Origin: the human T2T-CHM13v2.0 reference genome, Homo sapiens
DNA: 64,000 nt
Assembly: GCF_009914755.1 (NCBI RefSeq)
Contig: NC_060934.1
Strand: one strand, 5' to 3'
The notes beneath the pieces are model-generated. The model searched no databases, was not told where the DNA came from, and saw only the letters and a program-made list of their open reading frames with translations. This document shows, in pieces, positions 1 through 14,949 of this stretch; within the stretch, counting starts at the first letter, position 1, and each line of letters opens with the position of its first letter. The translations under genes and the position numbers were made by a program.

Positions 1-1137
1 CGTGTAGGGTGTTTCCCTTTCATGTCTGAATTTGTTTAGACAGTTACACAATCAGAGAGCGCGGAATGAGAGAAAACAAAACCCAGGAGAAAGGAATGCT
101 TTGAATCTAGGTCCCTGGGCCTTGATACTTTTTCTTTGTTAAATCAACCCAAGGCCCCTCCATATGCTGATCATCTTTTGCCAATGTCTGTGTCTGAACA
201 GGTTTTCCCAGGCATATAGCTCAGAAAGAACCTTTCATCCTCCTTTTCCTGTTATGTGTATAATGTGGTGTAGCCCAAAGCCACTGTGGGTTCTAATTTG
301 CATGTCTATTTCAAGAAGCCCGGAAACTATTTGCATAAGACTCTTGCTTCCTGAGAGATCCCAGCAGAAGGATGTAGAGATAGAGTCTTTCATTTTTTCA
401 TTTAGTTCTAGATATCCATAGTGAGAGATCTGTGTGTCTAAACCCTAAAATCTGTAGAATGTGCATGAAAAAATCTACCACCCTAAGCGTAAGGAGAGCT
501 AGTACAGATGAGGATGTCGTGGCAGAAACTAGTACAAAAAACATTACAACATTTTGTAATTTTCCTAACTTCAAGTATTTTTTGGAGGTTTGTTGTAGAA
601 CTATGGAAACTTGAAACATAAAGCAAGACTATTTAAAGGTTCAATCTCGTCTTGTAAGAAAGAGAAACAGGTAGAGAGACAGAAAGGGGATATATACTTC
701 ATGGTCAGAGAGCTGCAGGGGCGGTTGTTAGCTGTGCAGATGAGCAGAAGAGAGGATAGCAGCAGCTCAACAGTGGCACCTTCAGTAGTTCTAGAGAGAA
801 GGGATGGCAACAGCAGTAGACCAGGCTAGTACCAGCCAAAGCAACAGATACGTACAATCCAGACTAGTCCTGGGCGGAATAGGGTAGACAGGGCAGGGCC
901 CAGTGGAGACAGCCATGGCCAGGTTTCCCATAGAGTTAGAGTGAGATAAAGTGGTAACAGCAACAGGGCAGAGAGAGACTGGGCAGGAACTGCAAAGATG
1001 GCAGCTGGAGCAGAATGATGTGCATCAGGTGAGAGGAAAAGCACAAGGCCAGAGGATCAACTGTGCAGGGTCCATGGTGATGGAGCACAGCAGTGGGCAG
1101 AAGTGCGGGCTGGGACCTACCCCCGTAAAGGAGACAC

Positions 1138-1661
1138 TGGAAACCATCGTCCAAAGAGACAAAGACACCAATGACTAACAGAATTTATTGAGCTTACAAA
1201 ATCGCAGATAAAAAGAAAAAGAAAAAAAAAAAAAGACTGGCCAAAATGCTAAAACTCCCTCCTCTTATGGGATAACAAAACAGGCTACAATTGGTTGGAA
1301 TCAATATGACCAACCAGAGCCTGTACAGAACCAGCCTGTGATGTCACAGTCTGAACTACCACCACACGTTTCGTACTAACGCCCCCTGAATTTGCACATG
1401 CGACCCATGAGGAGGCATGAAGAGATAACTGCTCATGCCAAGACCTTTCTAGGTTTCCCCTTTCCTTCCACCGATCACCCACTAATCCCAGAATCCACCC
1501 CGTAAACCTCTTCTAATAAAACTACTCCCTTGAAGCCAGCAGAGGGAGACAGATCTGAGCTGGACTCCTGTCTCCCTGGGAACAATAAAAGCTTTGCTTT
1601 TCTCACAAACCTGGTGTCATAGTCTTGGCACACTGGGCAGTGACCCTTTGGCTCCATGACA
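1138..1661 (+). mobile_element. ERV1 solo LTR, MER31-like (MER4 group)
   Basis: Starts TGGAAACCATCGTCCAAAGAG..CCAATGACTAACAGAA and has internal GAATTTGCACATGCGACCC. Ends AATAAAAGCTTTGCTTTTCTCAC..GGTGTCATAG..GGGCAGTGACCCTTTGGCTCCATGACA. Homologous to the inverted copy at 5369-6332. Subfamily from recall. Confidence 0.75.
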
Positions 1662-1910
1662 AACATGATGGTCTAGGGACCCTGCTTCTCTCCTGTTCAG
1701 TCTCAGGTGACCCAAGGACTAGACCATGCATCCTCTTCCTTCTTACCTATCTTCATATCCTCATGAGAGAAGGGAGGGTTATCAGCCTCTGAGGATGCAG
1801 ATGTTGCGCTCAGCCCCAGGATCCCCAGGAGACTGGCAAAGAAGATCATAGCTTTGACTGTTCAGGGTGGCCTTGGACACAAGTTGTACCCTTAAGGAAT
1901 ACCCTTCTCT

Positions 1911-2252
1911 GACCAGTATGGTGGTTCATGCCTATAATCACAGCACTTTGGGAGGCCAGGGAGGGAAGACTGCTTGAGCCCAGGAGTTTTGAGACCAGCC
2001 TGGGCAACATACTGAGACCTCGTCTCTGCAAAAAAAAAAAAACATAATTAGTCAGGTGTGGCGGTGCACATTCCTAGCTACTAATCAGGTTAAGGCAAGA
2101 AGATTGCCTGAGCCCAGGAGTTTGGGGAAGCAGTGAGTTGTGATCATGCCTTTGTACTCTCGTTTGGGTGACAGAGCAAGGCTCTGTCTCAAAGGAAAGA
2201 AGGAAAGAAGGAAGGAAGGAAAGAAGGAAGGGAGGGAGGGAGGGAGGGAGGG
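1911..2252 (+). mobile_element. AluJ with (GGAA)n/(GGGA)n tail
   Basis: Dimeric Alu with J-type TGCTTGAGCCCAGGAGTT. Purine microsatellite tail at 2191-2252. Confidence 0.9.
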
Positions 2253-2660
2253 CGACACTCTTCCTTATAACAAGAAACAGCTTGCATTCTATAAAAGCAA
2301 TGATGTGATTTCTTAAAGGCATTATGAGCCTAACTCCATGATATCAGATCATAGGATATTACAGTCAAATTGTGTATCAACTAGTCCATCATTTCACAGA
2401 TAAGTAAATTGAGTCCCAGAGAGTTCGGTTACTTTCCTAAGATTACAGAAGTCCTCAACCTTGCTAATCTGATGTTCTTTCTTTTTCAACATACTGTTGG
2501 CTATATATGTCCTTTGTAAATAAAGGAACAGAGCCATTATCGTGGAATGACTGACTTAGAGAACGCTCCATGGACATTTGCTTCGACCTATATCCCATGC
2601 CTTTCTCCATTTACCCCCAAATTGACATAGAAAAAGATCAGCCAGATACAGTGGCTGGGA

Positions 2661-2800
2661 GGGCAACATAGTGAGACCCCGTCCCTACGAAAAATCAAAA
2701 AATAAGCTGAGCACCAGTGGCATGCGCCTGTGGTCCCAGCAACTTGGGAGGCTGGGGTGGGAGGATCGCCTGAGCCTGGGAGGTTAAGGCAGCAATGAGC
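2661..2800 (+). repeat. 140-bp AluJ internal fragment, near-identical copy of 3786-3925
   Basis: 138/140 identical by manual comparison. Confidence 0.95.
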
Positions 2801-3709
2801 AGAATGCTGTCACAGAGAAGGAACTCAATAAATACTTGGTAAAATATTTATTTTGGGGGTTAGAAGTAGACTTGGGAAATTTGGTTTTCTTTGATTCCAT
2901 ATTTCACTAGGGGGAAATAAAGATGTAAAACAGAGACATAAAACATGCCATTAGCTTTATGGGCCTTGGGACAGTGGGGTTCCCAGTTTTCCCGGGAGAT
3001 GACGATGGAATGCATTCAGGCAGCTCCCACAATACAATTTTCCCATCTCTAGTGTCCTATTGGGAAGGTATCTCCACCTCCTTGTAGCCTCTCCATGCTG
3101 AATACACTTAAAACTCTAACCTCCTTTCCCCCAAAGGAGCTCCTTCCTTAGACTCTCCAGGTGCTGTCCTTGATGCTAATCTTTCTTCTAGTCAGCCTTT
3201 TGTTTTTCATGTAAAAATGACTTATTTCATTACTTACTGGACCTTTTCCACAAAATGCCTGGAATCAAATAAAAAATGACTGGATTCTCAAGTCAACCTT
3301 TCTGGACGCCTGCCTCTCCCCCTGTGCCAAGGACCCATGACCTGCTTGCTGCCTGGGCTCTTTGTGTGGTTTGGTTGCTTTTCTCAGACTTGAATGCTTC
3401 CCACTGAAATCCTACAATTGGGCACATAGCACTCCCTATTGAAAATGTATAATAGCTTCTCATTATACAAGCTCTTCACTTTGGCTTTTAGAATCATGTG
3501 CCGTCTCCTTTCCTATTTGCCTCCCGCCTGCCAAACTCATTATCCAATCATTCCCTCTTCAATCAGTCCCACCTTTCTACCTTTAGGTCCTTTTCCAGAA
3601 TCCAAACTTTAATCAAAGAGATAAAGCAGGCCAAGACCCAATGTCCATTACTTAATAAGCCCTCAATAGACATTAGCTTTCTTCAAAGTCCTCATCAACT
3701 CCTTTCCTT

Positions 3710-4063
<354 letters not shown>

Positions 4064-4272
4064 TCACTGCCTGTTTGACATTTAGCTTAAGTTACCTTGT
4101 GCTGTTATCTTTTAACCCTGATCTGTATTTTAACCCTCAAGCACAAGGTCTCATGGCTGTGTATTTCCACCTCTGTGTATGGTGTCCTATAGACAGTGAG
4201 AGCTTAACATCTCGCGTCAGTGATGATGCTGCAGCATTGCTACGATGTCACCCTTAGCTCCAAACATGCCTA

Positions 4273-4658
<386 letters not shown>

Positions 4659-5368
4659 AGAGGAGGAAGATAATGAATATTTACAGACTGCCTTCTCTGT
4701 ACCAAGTAACATTCTTTGTTCTTGTATAAATATCCTCTCCTATAAAGAAAAAAATAAACAAAAAGAGGGAATTGATTCAGTCAGGGTAACAGATGTTAGT
4801 GTCATCACTTAGGACTAGAGCCCATAAACTTCTGACTGCCACTGAAAAACAGCCAATGTCAAGGTGAGTTTAGACAGATCTTAACTCAGCCTGATGCTCA
4901 TTAATGAGAACAATGGCAAAAGTGTTGGGAATTTGAGTCGGCCTCAGTAGGAAAATCCTTATAAATTTAATGAGAGCTCAGGAGAGATTTCTATCTATCT
5001 TAATTATGCTTGCAAACTTCATAGGGCGCTCTCTGACTCTAGGCTAAAACATGAAGCACCTTGATACCTCTAATACATAAGCCTAAGGCAGTAAATCAGG
5101 TTCTCCCCACACGTACACCACTTTCCAAAATATATTTGACAAAACTTGTCTAAATGTCTCATAGACACTACCCTTTGACTAAGAAAACGGTTTTGGTTAT
5201 CACTCCCATTTTACAGACAGAAAAACTGTGGAACAGATTCTGATGCAACAGTATGCCCTCGCCCTAGCAGACGAGTTTGTTGCTCATCCTGAAGTGAAAA
5301 CAGTAGTTTCTTCACAGCAAATGACCACCCCTCTCATGTTGGTAGTTCTACCATTTTCAAGACAACTG

Positions 5369-6332
5369 TATTACCAGAAAAAAGGGCTCACTGCTGGATG
5401 TGCTGGAAGCCGATACTATGACACCGGGTTTTCTGTTTGTTTGTTTTTTGTTCATTTTTTAGAGTCAGGGTCTTGCTCTGTTGCCCAGGCTGGAGTGCAG
5501 TGGTGCCATCATAGCTCACTGCAGCCTCAGTCTCCAAGGCTCTAGCGATCCTGCCTCCCGAGTAGCTGAGACCACCTCTGCCTCCCAAGTATTTGAGACC
5601 ACAGGCACATGCTATCACACCTGGCTAATAAATTTTTTGTAGAGCTGGAGTTTTCTTGTGTTGCCCAGTCTGGCCTCAAATTCCTGGCCTCCAGCAATCC
5701 TTCCACCTTGGTCCCCCAAAGTGCTGGGATTACCGGCGTGAGCCCCGGCATCTGTCAACACTGGATTTTTGAGAAAAGAAAAGCTTTATATTGCAAGTCT
5801 ACTCACAAGGAGACAGGAGTCAAGTTCAAATCTGTCTATCTGTGCTGGCTCCAAGGCAGTATTTTTTAATGGAAAAGTTTCAGGGGGTGGATTTGGGGAT
5901 AAGCAGGTGACTGATGGAAGGAAGCAGGAAGTCTGGAAAGTCCTTGGGCATGCGCAGTTATCTATTCGTGATGCCTCCTGGGGCTTTGTGTGCAAATTTG
6001 GAGGAAGTTAGTGTGAAACATGGGTGGGAATTCAGGCTGTGAGGTCAGCAAGCTGGTTCCGTGCAGACCCCAGTCAGCCATATTGGTTCCAACCAACTTT
6101 AGCCAGTTCTTTTATCTCACAGGTGGAGAGAGTTTTAGTGTCGCAGTGAGAGGTTTCTTGTCTTATATGTTAACCTGCACACTCAAGAATTTTTGTTAGT
6201 TACTGGTTGTACTCTTGGGGGCATAGTCTCAGTTTCAGCTTTTCAGCAAGTTTTTGCTTTTCTTATGTGTGTTATCCTCTAAGCCCAAGAAGTTAGCCAT
6301 TGGCTTCTTTAACTCTTTGGGGCATGGTTTCA
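5369..6332 (-). mobile_element. ERV1 solo LTR, MER31-like, interrupted by an AluJ, with a duplicated 5' head
   Basis: Reverse complement matches the LTR at 1138-1661 (e.g. GGAGACAGGAGTC, GGGCATGCGCAGTTATCT, TGCAAATT). Confidence 0.75.
5428..5749 (-). mobile_element. AluJ
   Basis: Antisense Alu with approximate TSD ACAC(C/T)GG(G/A)TTTT. Confidence 0.9.
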
Positions 6333-8515
6333 GTTGGGAATCCCAAACAGAAAGGGTCTTCTGCTTTGAGAGAATTTTATCTAAATGGACACACAACTCA
6401 TAAAACAACAGTCGTTGAGAGAAAGCAGAGGCTAATGGGGTCAAAGGTGAACAGCCAGTAGAAGTGCCAGCTCCTAAGAGAAAGGATATCAAGGGACAGC
6501 CATAGTTTACAAGACCCAGGACCAATCCCAATAAAAGTCCTGTCTCATGACCCCTGGTCTCTCTGTCACTAATTGAGAAATACAATCGACCGCTCCCCTC
6601 TGTTTATGCAGTGCATCCAGCATCATGTGACTACACAAGAGAACAAAAAGTAGTATCGGCTGTTGCTATGGAGACTTAAGAACCATGTGAATTGCTATGG
6701 CATCATAAAAGCGATATTCCAATCATCAGTCTTTAACTATAGGGCCGTTGAAATCTATCTCATATTTTTAGAATGTGTGACATTTAACACATTGATGAAT
6801 ATTTCCAGCCTCAGAATATATTCCCTGCTTTCATATTTAGATAGGAGTTTTCAGCTCAACTGGCTGTTTTTTTTTTTTCTCTCTCTCTCTCTCTCCTGGC
6901 AAATGCTTCATCTCCTCATGAGTGATTACAACTCTTTCTATACTTTCCTAGATGTTTCTTCATTCTTGCTTCCTGTTTTTTCTTTATTCTATAATTAAAA
7001 TTATTTTCTCACTCACTGTCTCCACTTCCACCAGACCACTTTTTCACATCCCCGGTTGACATTTCAACCAGGCTTTAACCTCCACTGGTCTTAACTGACC
7101 ACACTTTAAGCCAGAGTTGCTAATAATCAACAATTCTGAGCCCCAGCCAAAGGTGCACAGCTACCTCCTTGGTGGTTTTTATCCCTGAAAGTCACCATCC
7201 CCTTATCATCCAAGGGAATTCCAATTCACTGACTTTTCTAGGCTTTATATGAAATCATTCTTTTGGATGGAGAATAACATATCTAATTCTCCACTTTTTT
7301 CTTTGTAAGAATTGCTAACTGGGTTTTGTGTAGCTGTATACACAGACCATTTTGAATATCAGTGTGTATCCACACACACCTGTTTTGCTTATCTTATTTG
7401 GAAGATGTTGAAAGAGATTGATTAACTTGTTTAGAGTAACAGCTCTTATAACCTAATTAGCTTAGAAGCAAAAATGGGAAAGTGTAAATATCAGGAAATA
7501 TACATTCACATAACAAAACTCTGCTAAAAGAAACCTGTTACAGTGGTGCACTGTTGTGAGATAAATTCCTCCACATTCCTTTTATTCTTGCAGCATCAGC
7601 CTCTCCAAATCTTCATGTGTATTAAGAACCTTCTTTTTTTAACCTCTTTCCTTAAGAGAGCTTCAGGATCTCTTGGACTTATGTATTTTCATCTCCTCCT
7701 TAAACCTCTCCAAAGAAGAGCCTTCTTGTTCCCTCCACAGTATTATACAATAAGCTCAAGTACATCAGTGAACATGGTATTACCAAGGTGTGATTTTATT
7801 CTGTGAGTTTCCAGGAATGAACATCTCCCCTCTAGGTTACTGAATTCTAAAACGTAATGAATTCCTTCAAAGAGTTTTTAAGCATTTTTGCATCAACTTT
7901 TTCTTCCAGGGGTCACAAAGGATGATTTATTTATTCACTGTTGCATTTCTAATCACACCAATAGGGTGCAGTTGTCACTGCTGTGTACATAGCAATATGA
8001 ACTAAATATATTTGCACAGACAGTAATGCCACAAAAAGAAATAAAGAGTAACAGCGTGTATTTGCTGACTCCAACATCAAGGACTGCACTGTTATCCTTG
8101 TCAATATCTAGGTCAAGTTAAATACTGTTTTCAGAAATTCTACCCTGGGCCATCCATGGCTAATTTTATTTTTTGTTTGAATGGGATTTCTGGTAATCAT
8201 GATCTTGGGAAGAACACAGTCTTACTCCTGATGATTTCTAAATACATTAGACTGTCTGTAAACCAATGAACAGTACTTTACCTTGCTTTCTCCCTGATAG
8301 GTTGCCTCTTAATTAATCAATCCATCAACTGAGACTAATGCACCAAGTGATGTGCCTCACATCAGGAACTGTGCAATGGAAGCATTAGTGAGCCTTTGCT
8401 GATATTTTTACTTAACACTTTCGGGTCCAGAGACCTTGTCTTATTAATCACAAACCAAACTTCCAGAAAACGGAAATGTCACATTTCATTGCTTTTTAAT
8501 TCTTGGTGTTTTACC

Positions 8516-8562
8516 ACATACATACATACACCCACCCACCCACCCACACACACACACACACA
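8516..8562. repeat. (CATA)/(CACC)/(CA)n microsatellite
   Basis: Direct reading. Confidence 0.95.
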
Positions 8563-9398
8563 GAGTGTGCAATGGAAACTTGTAGAGTGAATGTAAAAAC
8601 AGAGGGATGAATTCAGAACAAGACCCCATATGGTTTTTGAAGAACATACAATTTAGTTGGGCAAAGAGGAGACCAGAAATATTCATAAGCAATGAAAGAT
8701 GGCCTGGAAACCAAGCAAAAAGTTGCAGTAGGGACCAGCAGTGCTGGTCTACAAATTAAAAAAAAAAAAACTACAAATAATATATAATATTATATAACAA
8801 ATACATATGCCTAGAGATACTGCTTTGATGTTCTATGTCAACTCCAGGCTCCTCTCGCTAAGACACTGGCACACTTCTTAGTTTGATGAGGTTGATGGAA
8901 ATGCGTTGCTCCTTTCCTAGACTTCTTGGTCCCTAAAAGGTTCTGTGGTGAACACTGATCCATCCCAACCCATGTCCCCTGCTTCTCTGAATTTTTCCTG
9001 ATTCAAAGTTGATACATACAAACTATGGAAATTCCCTTTCTTTTTTAATTCCATGAAGATCAGACTTTAAGACACAGAATTTCCATGCATTAAATTTACA
9101 TAACTAGCTATACATGTTGGCAAAAGCACAAACCTGCAAATGAAGACCCCAGGGGGTTTCCTCTGTGATTTTAATTCTCATTTTTATACTTATCTTCATT
9201 TTGCAAATTCCCTACAATCAGCTTCTATAACCACAAAAGTAAAAGCAAATAACAAAGCCCTCTAGCGATGTGAGAACATTCACTTATTCCTTCCTTGACT
9301 CATCCATCTCTGCGTTCCTTCATTCACTCGTCAGCCCTACTACTTCTCACAGCACTATGCTGGCATTGTGGGGAAAGGGTATTAAAAAACACGGAGGA

Positions 9399-9754
<356 letters not shown>

Positions 9755-11199
9755 TCAAGAGGATAAACTTTCTGGAATCTCTTATTTTATGGTTCTCTCT
9801 CTTTTATCTCCTTAAAGCACGTAAAATCTTCTTTTGGTTCTAAGAAATATTATTCTATTTATAGTATTATTAATCTATATTATTATCATATTATATCACA
9901 TTCATTTATGTAAAATCATTATTAATCTGTTAATAACATTATATTATTCTCTTCCAAATGCCCTTTGAAAAATAGCTTAGCTGATTTTTCAGATACTGTT
10001 AGCTTGAAATCATGAACTATATCCAGGTCTTAAGAGAAGTGCCCCTATTTCATTTCAGATTGGTCAAAGTATTAAATCATCATCTCTGTTTCCTTACATT
10101 TTTCTTTCATTCCTTAAAAGTGAAATAGCAATTCTTATTCTCAGGGTAGGCTCACACAGAACAATAAGAATTGGTAGTAGTAGTAGATGCTATTTCTTTC
10201 TCCCAAACATCAAAAATAATCCACCAGATTCCCTTGGCATTCCCTTTTATGTAGGCTAGATGTCCTAATTCTTATTTTTGCTTGAGTGGAAACAGGCTCA
10301 GCATGTTTAAGGATATTACCTGTTATAATCCAGTAAGTTAGAAATGGGGCAAGAACCAGAAACCGAAGCTCCAGAATCTGTTTTAGGAATTCGGTGGAAT
10401 TTAAAAAGAATAAAACCATACCTAGGAGGGAATCACATCTGCCTGAGATAGTAAATCTTTCTGACAAAAGTAAATTGTCTCCCCTGTGTTTTCTTTCATT
10501 AAAAAAAAAAAAAATCAGTTGCCATCAGAAAATAGCAGAGGGAACTCGGGCTGCAGTTAGAGACTGAAAACTACCTGTACAAATTATTTCCCTAAGGTTC
10601 CCATACTTATTCCATTCTCTCCTCGGATAACAAATAAACTTGCTCAGTTTTGAACATCAAGTCTGACTCTTCGTGCAGTGAGCTCTCCAGGCGTCCCCCG
10701 TTGCAGGGGGAATCAAGCTGGGGCTAATCAGTTTCTTACATGATTCCCAGCAGGAAGGTGGTAATATTCATGACTTCAGAGACCAAAATGAAACCAGCTC
10801 CTTTTCTGAGGGCAGAGCCCAGGATAAAATTAATAGTAGCAACTCCTTGGATCCAGTGTACTGTGGCATCCTGCGTGCAAACAGCTCAGGAAAGGTTATA
10901 GAGAAGGTGCCTGTTGTATGTCCTGTCACAGTTCTTCACTTACATTGAACACATACAAACTACGAATCTAAGCCTGGTAGTTCCTTACGACTTCACGACA
11001 CTCTGAAAAGTTTTGTTCAGTATGTTTACAGAGCAGCTATTATGTCTCTGCATGAGATTTTGAGAAAGATCAGTGGAGGCAGGACATGAACAAAGGCTTT
11101 TCCAGATAAGGCAAGTCAATTAAAATGGACAGAGACTGCAAAAACAAATTCTGATTCCCATGCTAAAACCCTTCCAGCTTGACCATAAACACACAGGTG

Positions 11200-11227
11200 T
11201 GCACATAAACATATATACTCACATGCA

Positions 11228-11259
<32 letters not shown>
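11200..11259. repeat. (CA)n microsatellite
   Basis: Direct reading. Confidence 0.95.
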
Positions 11260-12163
11260 TCCTTGCACCAGCAGTCATGGAAATATGGCAGGAATCCCAT
11301 TACTAGAAGGCTGAGAGCTGAGGCTGGGTAAGACCAGCTATTCTGCTCAACTCAACCTTGAGCTACTCAAACTTGACCCACCCTCCAAGGACTGATCCCA
11401 GAGTCTCTGCCAGGCTGACCTTCACCCATGGACCTAGTAGCCCAAGCTGCAAGAGTTCCAGACAGGCTGTAAAACATTAAAATGTTCCTGTTATCCAACA
11501 GCTTTAGGGCACCTGAAGGGCATAAGTTATTCAAATCAAAGGCTAATGTTCAATTTAAATGAAAACCTGAAGGCTTTGATTTTACACAAGAAAAACAAAT
11601 ACTTTTTATATTTTTATAATTTCTAAGCAAAAATAATGCCCAAACCAAAACAATACTTTCTACATAATTCCTAGATATGGATAAACACTGACATCTATGT
11701 GGTTGTCTAAAAATCTATTACAACAGAGTCTAAAGTGTACTTTACATTGTTTGGTGTTGGATTAGAAATGCCATTCTTAATGTAAATTGCTAGCCCATAG
11801 AAATCATTCAATAAATGTTAACTATTATTGGGATTACCAGTGTTAACTGTGATTGCTTGAATCCAAATATAAAGCGCTAGACAATTCATTCCCATCTTTA
11901 TGTCCAGTCGTAGTTCTCTAAATGGTTTGGGCTAAACTTCTTACCCTGGGGAGGAATGACAGAGAAGGGAGGTCAAGGCCAGGCAGGGGAAGGCAGGCAA
12001 CCCTGTCTAGGGTCCATGCAATGTCAATAGTCTGAGGCCAGTCTCCATTAATTGGAAACCAACGAATTGGGTGAATCCTAGAATTGCTATCACTGTTCTC
12101 AAAACCCCTGCCAGCCTGAAGACCCAGAAACATCCCGATGGATATTTAAGCCAGCTCAGAAAG

Positions 12164-12182
12164 CTGCCACCAGGGGGCGCGA
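12164..12182 (+). promoter_or_regulatory. CTCF binding motif
   Basis: CTGCCACCAGGGGGCGCGA contains an exact match to the canonical CTCF core CCACCAGGGGGCGC, in non-repeat sequence with intact CpGs. Confidence 0.8.
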
Positions 12183-12444
12183 CAATAAGGCTGGGACAAG
12201 CAGCTCAACCCAGAAACTCCCTGGTCTGGTACCTCAGTTGTTCAATTCATTAACCTCACAATAAGGGAACCCCACATTTTATACAATTTTATACAGGCAA
12301 ATCGGGACCCCATTTATTGTGTTATGACGAGGGGAACCACGTGATAACTTTTAAGGGCAAAAGGAGACAATATGAATAATAATATTGGCGTATAACACAT
12401 AAAACAAAATTGTTCAGGACAAGCAGGATATACGATCACTCTAG

Positions 12445-12730
12445 TTTTTTTATTTTTTATATTTTACTTTTTGAGATGGAGTCTAGCTCGTGGTGCAATC
12501 TCAGCTCACTGCAGCCTCCTCCCGTGTTCAAGCAATTCTCCTGCCTCAGCCTCCCGAGTAGCTGGGATTACAGGCGTCCGCCATCAGGCCCAGCTAATTT
12601 TTGTATTTTTAGTAGAGATGGGGTTTCATCACATTGACCAGGCTGGACTTGAACTCCTGACTCCAAGTGATCCGCCCACCTCTGCCTCCCAAAGTGCTGG
12701 GATTACAGGCGTGAGCCACCGTGCCTGGCC
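12445..12730 (-). mobile_element. AluS
   Basis: Antisense Alu with TSD GATCACTCTAGTT. Confidence 0.93.
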
Positions 12731-13859
12731 AGGATCACTCTAGTTATGACAAATCCACTGTACTATTAAATTATTATTTCATTCAATTGTCTTGCATGTT
12801 CTACATGCAAGCATACATGTAAACTTTGGCACTCAAATTGCCAACTTCGCACTAATGCCTAGACGTTTGTCCATAATTATTAAATCCTAGAAAGTGAGCA
12901 CATCATCTATGCAACCCTTGAAAAACAAATCCCACAGTAATTTCCACGAGACAGAATATTCTACTTATTCATCACTGACCATCACTGACCATGTGTCATA
13001 CCAGCACTAACTGCTTGCCTGGAGTTTCCGCTCTGGCTCTTTGGTGAGCTGGGAGTCCGCAGGACAGACCTGGCCAATGTGGTGCTTTCCAGTGCTCATC
13101 CTCCATCCAGCAAAGCACATCCTAGTAGGAAACATGCCTGCAGTTTCCTGGCCTGCCCAGACCTTCAAACTACTCTCCCAGAGCGTATTAGCTGAGATGG
13201 TGGCACGAATCAAAGGAATCAATACCAGTGGGGAGTAGCTGCTCGGGCTCATAGATCATTTACTTGGGATTGTCAGATATAACTAAGGAACAGATCTCCT
13301 CAAGGACTGCGTTCCTTGTGTCAGCACAGAGTCTTGGAGCGAGAGTGATGGGGATGTTCCCGCCCACATGACCTCATTGGGACATCGGGCTGGAGAGACC
13401 TGGGATGTTGAGGCAACTGCCATGCAATTGCTACTAGGCAGCGGCACATGGTTCTTGGCCAGGCGGAATAGAAACAAGGTTTACTGAAGGGGCCTAGGCA
13501 ATTTCATGGAGGAGGAAGCAAAGGCAGAGGAAGTGTCCAGGGGGCCAGGAGGCTGCATCCCAGGGAAAGTGAGGGCTTTGAGGAGCAAGCCAATTTCACA
13601 GGAGACTTGACTGATTCCCTGGATCCTTGAGTTTTGCAGTTTGTTTCCTCTCATTTCCTCCTTGCTCTCTTTTCTGACTTTGCCCTCATTGTCCTCTTAT
13701 CACAGATATGTTTTGTTGAACAAATCAGTATTTCAGTATTACTTTGGGATCTCATTGACATCACATGTACTGATTACCTTGAATTTGTCTCTTCCTCCAT
13801 CCACGGTGCGTTATCTTATAGCTTTCCTACAAAACTCCAGCTCTCCATCTAGAGAGAAC

Positions 13860-14065
13860 TGGCCGAGTTAAATTCCAACTCCGCATTTTATGAGCTGCGA
13901 GACCGCTCTAAGTCTCAGTTTTCTCATCTATAAAATATGAAGATAACAATAGCATCTGCCTTACAGAGCTATTGTGAGGTTTAAATGAGACACTACATTC
14001 AAAGTACTCAGTAGAGGGCTTGTCATTCATCTTTAAATGCTTAGTACATGATAATTATTATTATT
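13860..14065 (+). mobile_element. MIR
   Basis: MIR core TCTCAGTTTTCTCATCTATAAAAT...GCTATTGTGAGGTTTAAATGAGA. Confidence 0.8.
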
Positions 14066-14351
14066 TATGGTTACATTTAAGCTCCTTGTTTCTATCTTAC
14101 CTTTCCGTGTTTTCTCTTAAAATTAATTATCCTTTCTTATCCAGTCCATTTCTTCCTTTCTTATCCAAAAAGCAAAGTAATTTAATTTTACTGGTTTTAT
14201 AGTGTTACTGGTTGGTTTTAAAATTTTTATGTTGTTTCCATTTTTAAAAGTTTTAATCTCATTTGCTTTCTGGCTATCATTTTAATGCTTATTTGTAACT
14301 TATTCTTTATCATTTTGCATTAATTCTACTGCTTGATTTTTAAGTGTCTTA

Positions 14352-14353
14352 TT

Positions 14354-14388
<35 letters not shown>

Positions 14389-14747
14389 TTATGTTTTGAG
14401 ACAGAGTCTTACTCTGTCACCCAGGCTGGAGTGCAGTGGCGTGATCTCAACTCACTGCAATCTCCACCTCCCGGGCTCAATCTCAACTCACTGCAATCTC
14501 CACCTCCCGGGCTCAATCTCAACTCACTGCAATCTCCACCTCCCGGGCTCAAGCAATTCTCCTGTCTCAGCCTCCCAAGTAGCTGGGATTATAGGCACCC
14601 ACCACCACGTCTGGCTAATTTTTGTATTTTTAGTAGAGACAGGGTTTTGCCATGTTGGCCAGGCTGGTCTCAAACTCCCGACCTCAGGTGATCCACCTGC
14701 CTTGGCCTCCCAAACAGCTGGAAGTACAGGTGTGTGCCACCGTGCCT
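14352..14747 (-). mobile_element. AluS with (TTTA)n tail and an internal 36-bp triplication
   Basis: Antisense Alu containing three tandem copies of a 36-mer at 14444-14551. Confidence 0.95.
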
Positions 14748-14949
14748 GTTATTTTAGACATTTACCTTTTATTCCTTTTAATTTCTAAATTTAAATTTAT
14801 CTCATCATATTTAGTTTTAATCTTAATCTTTCATTCTTTTTTATATTGATGTGAATAAAAGACATTAATTTTGACATAATATGTACTTTATTATTTCCTC
14901 TACCTTTAAGAAAGACATGAATAATTTTAAAAATTTTACTAAAATTTTA

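Noticed and set aside
600-1135. Purine-rich segment with several overlapping short ORFs
   Set aside because: No recognisable protein motif. Possibly a decayed old repeat, but I cannot assign it.
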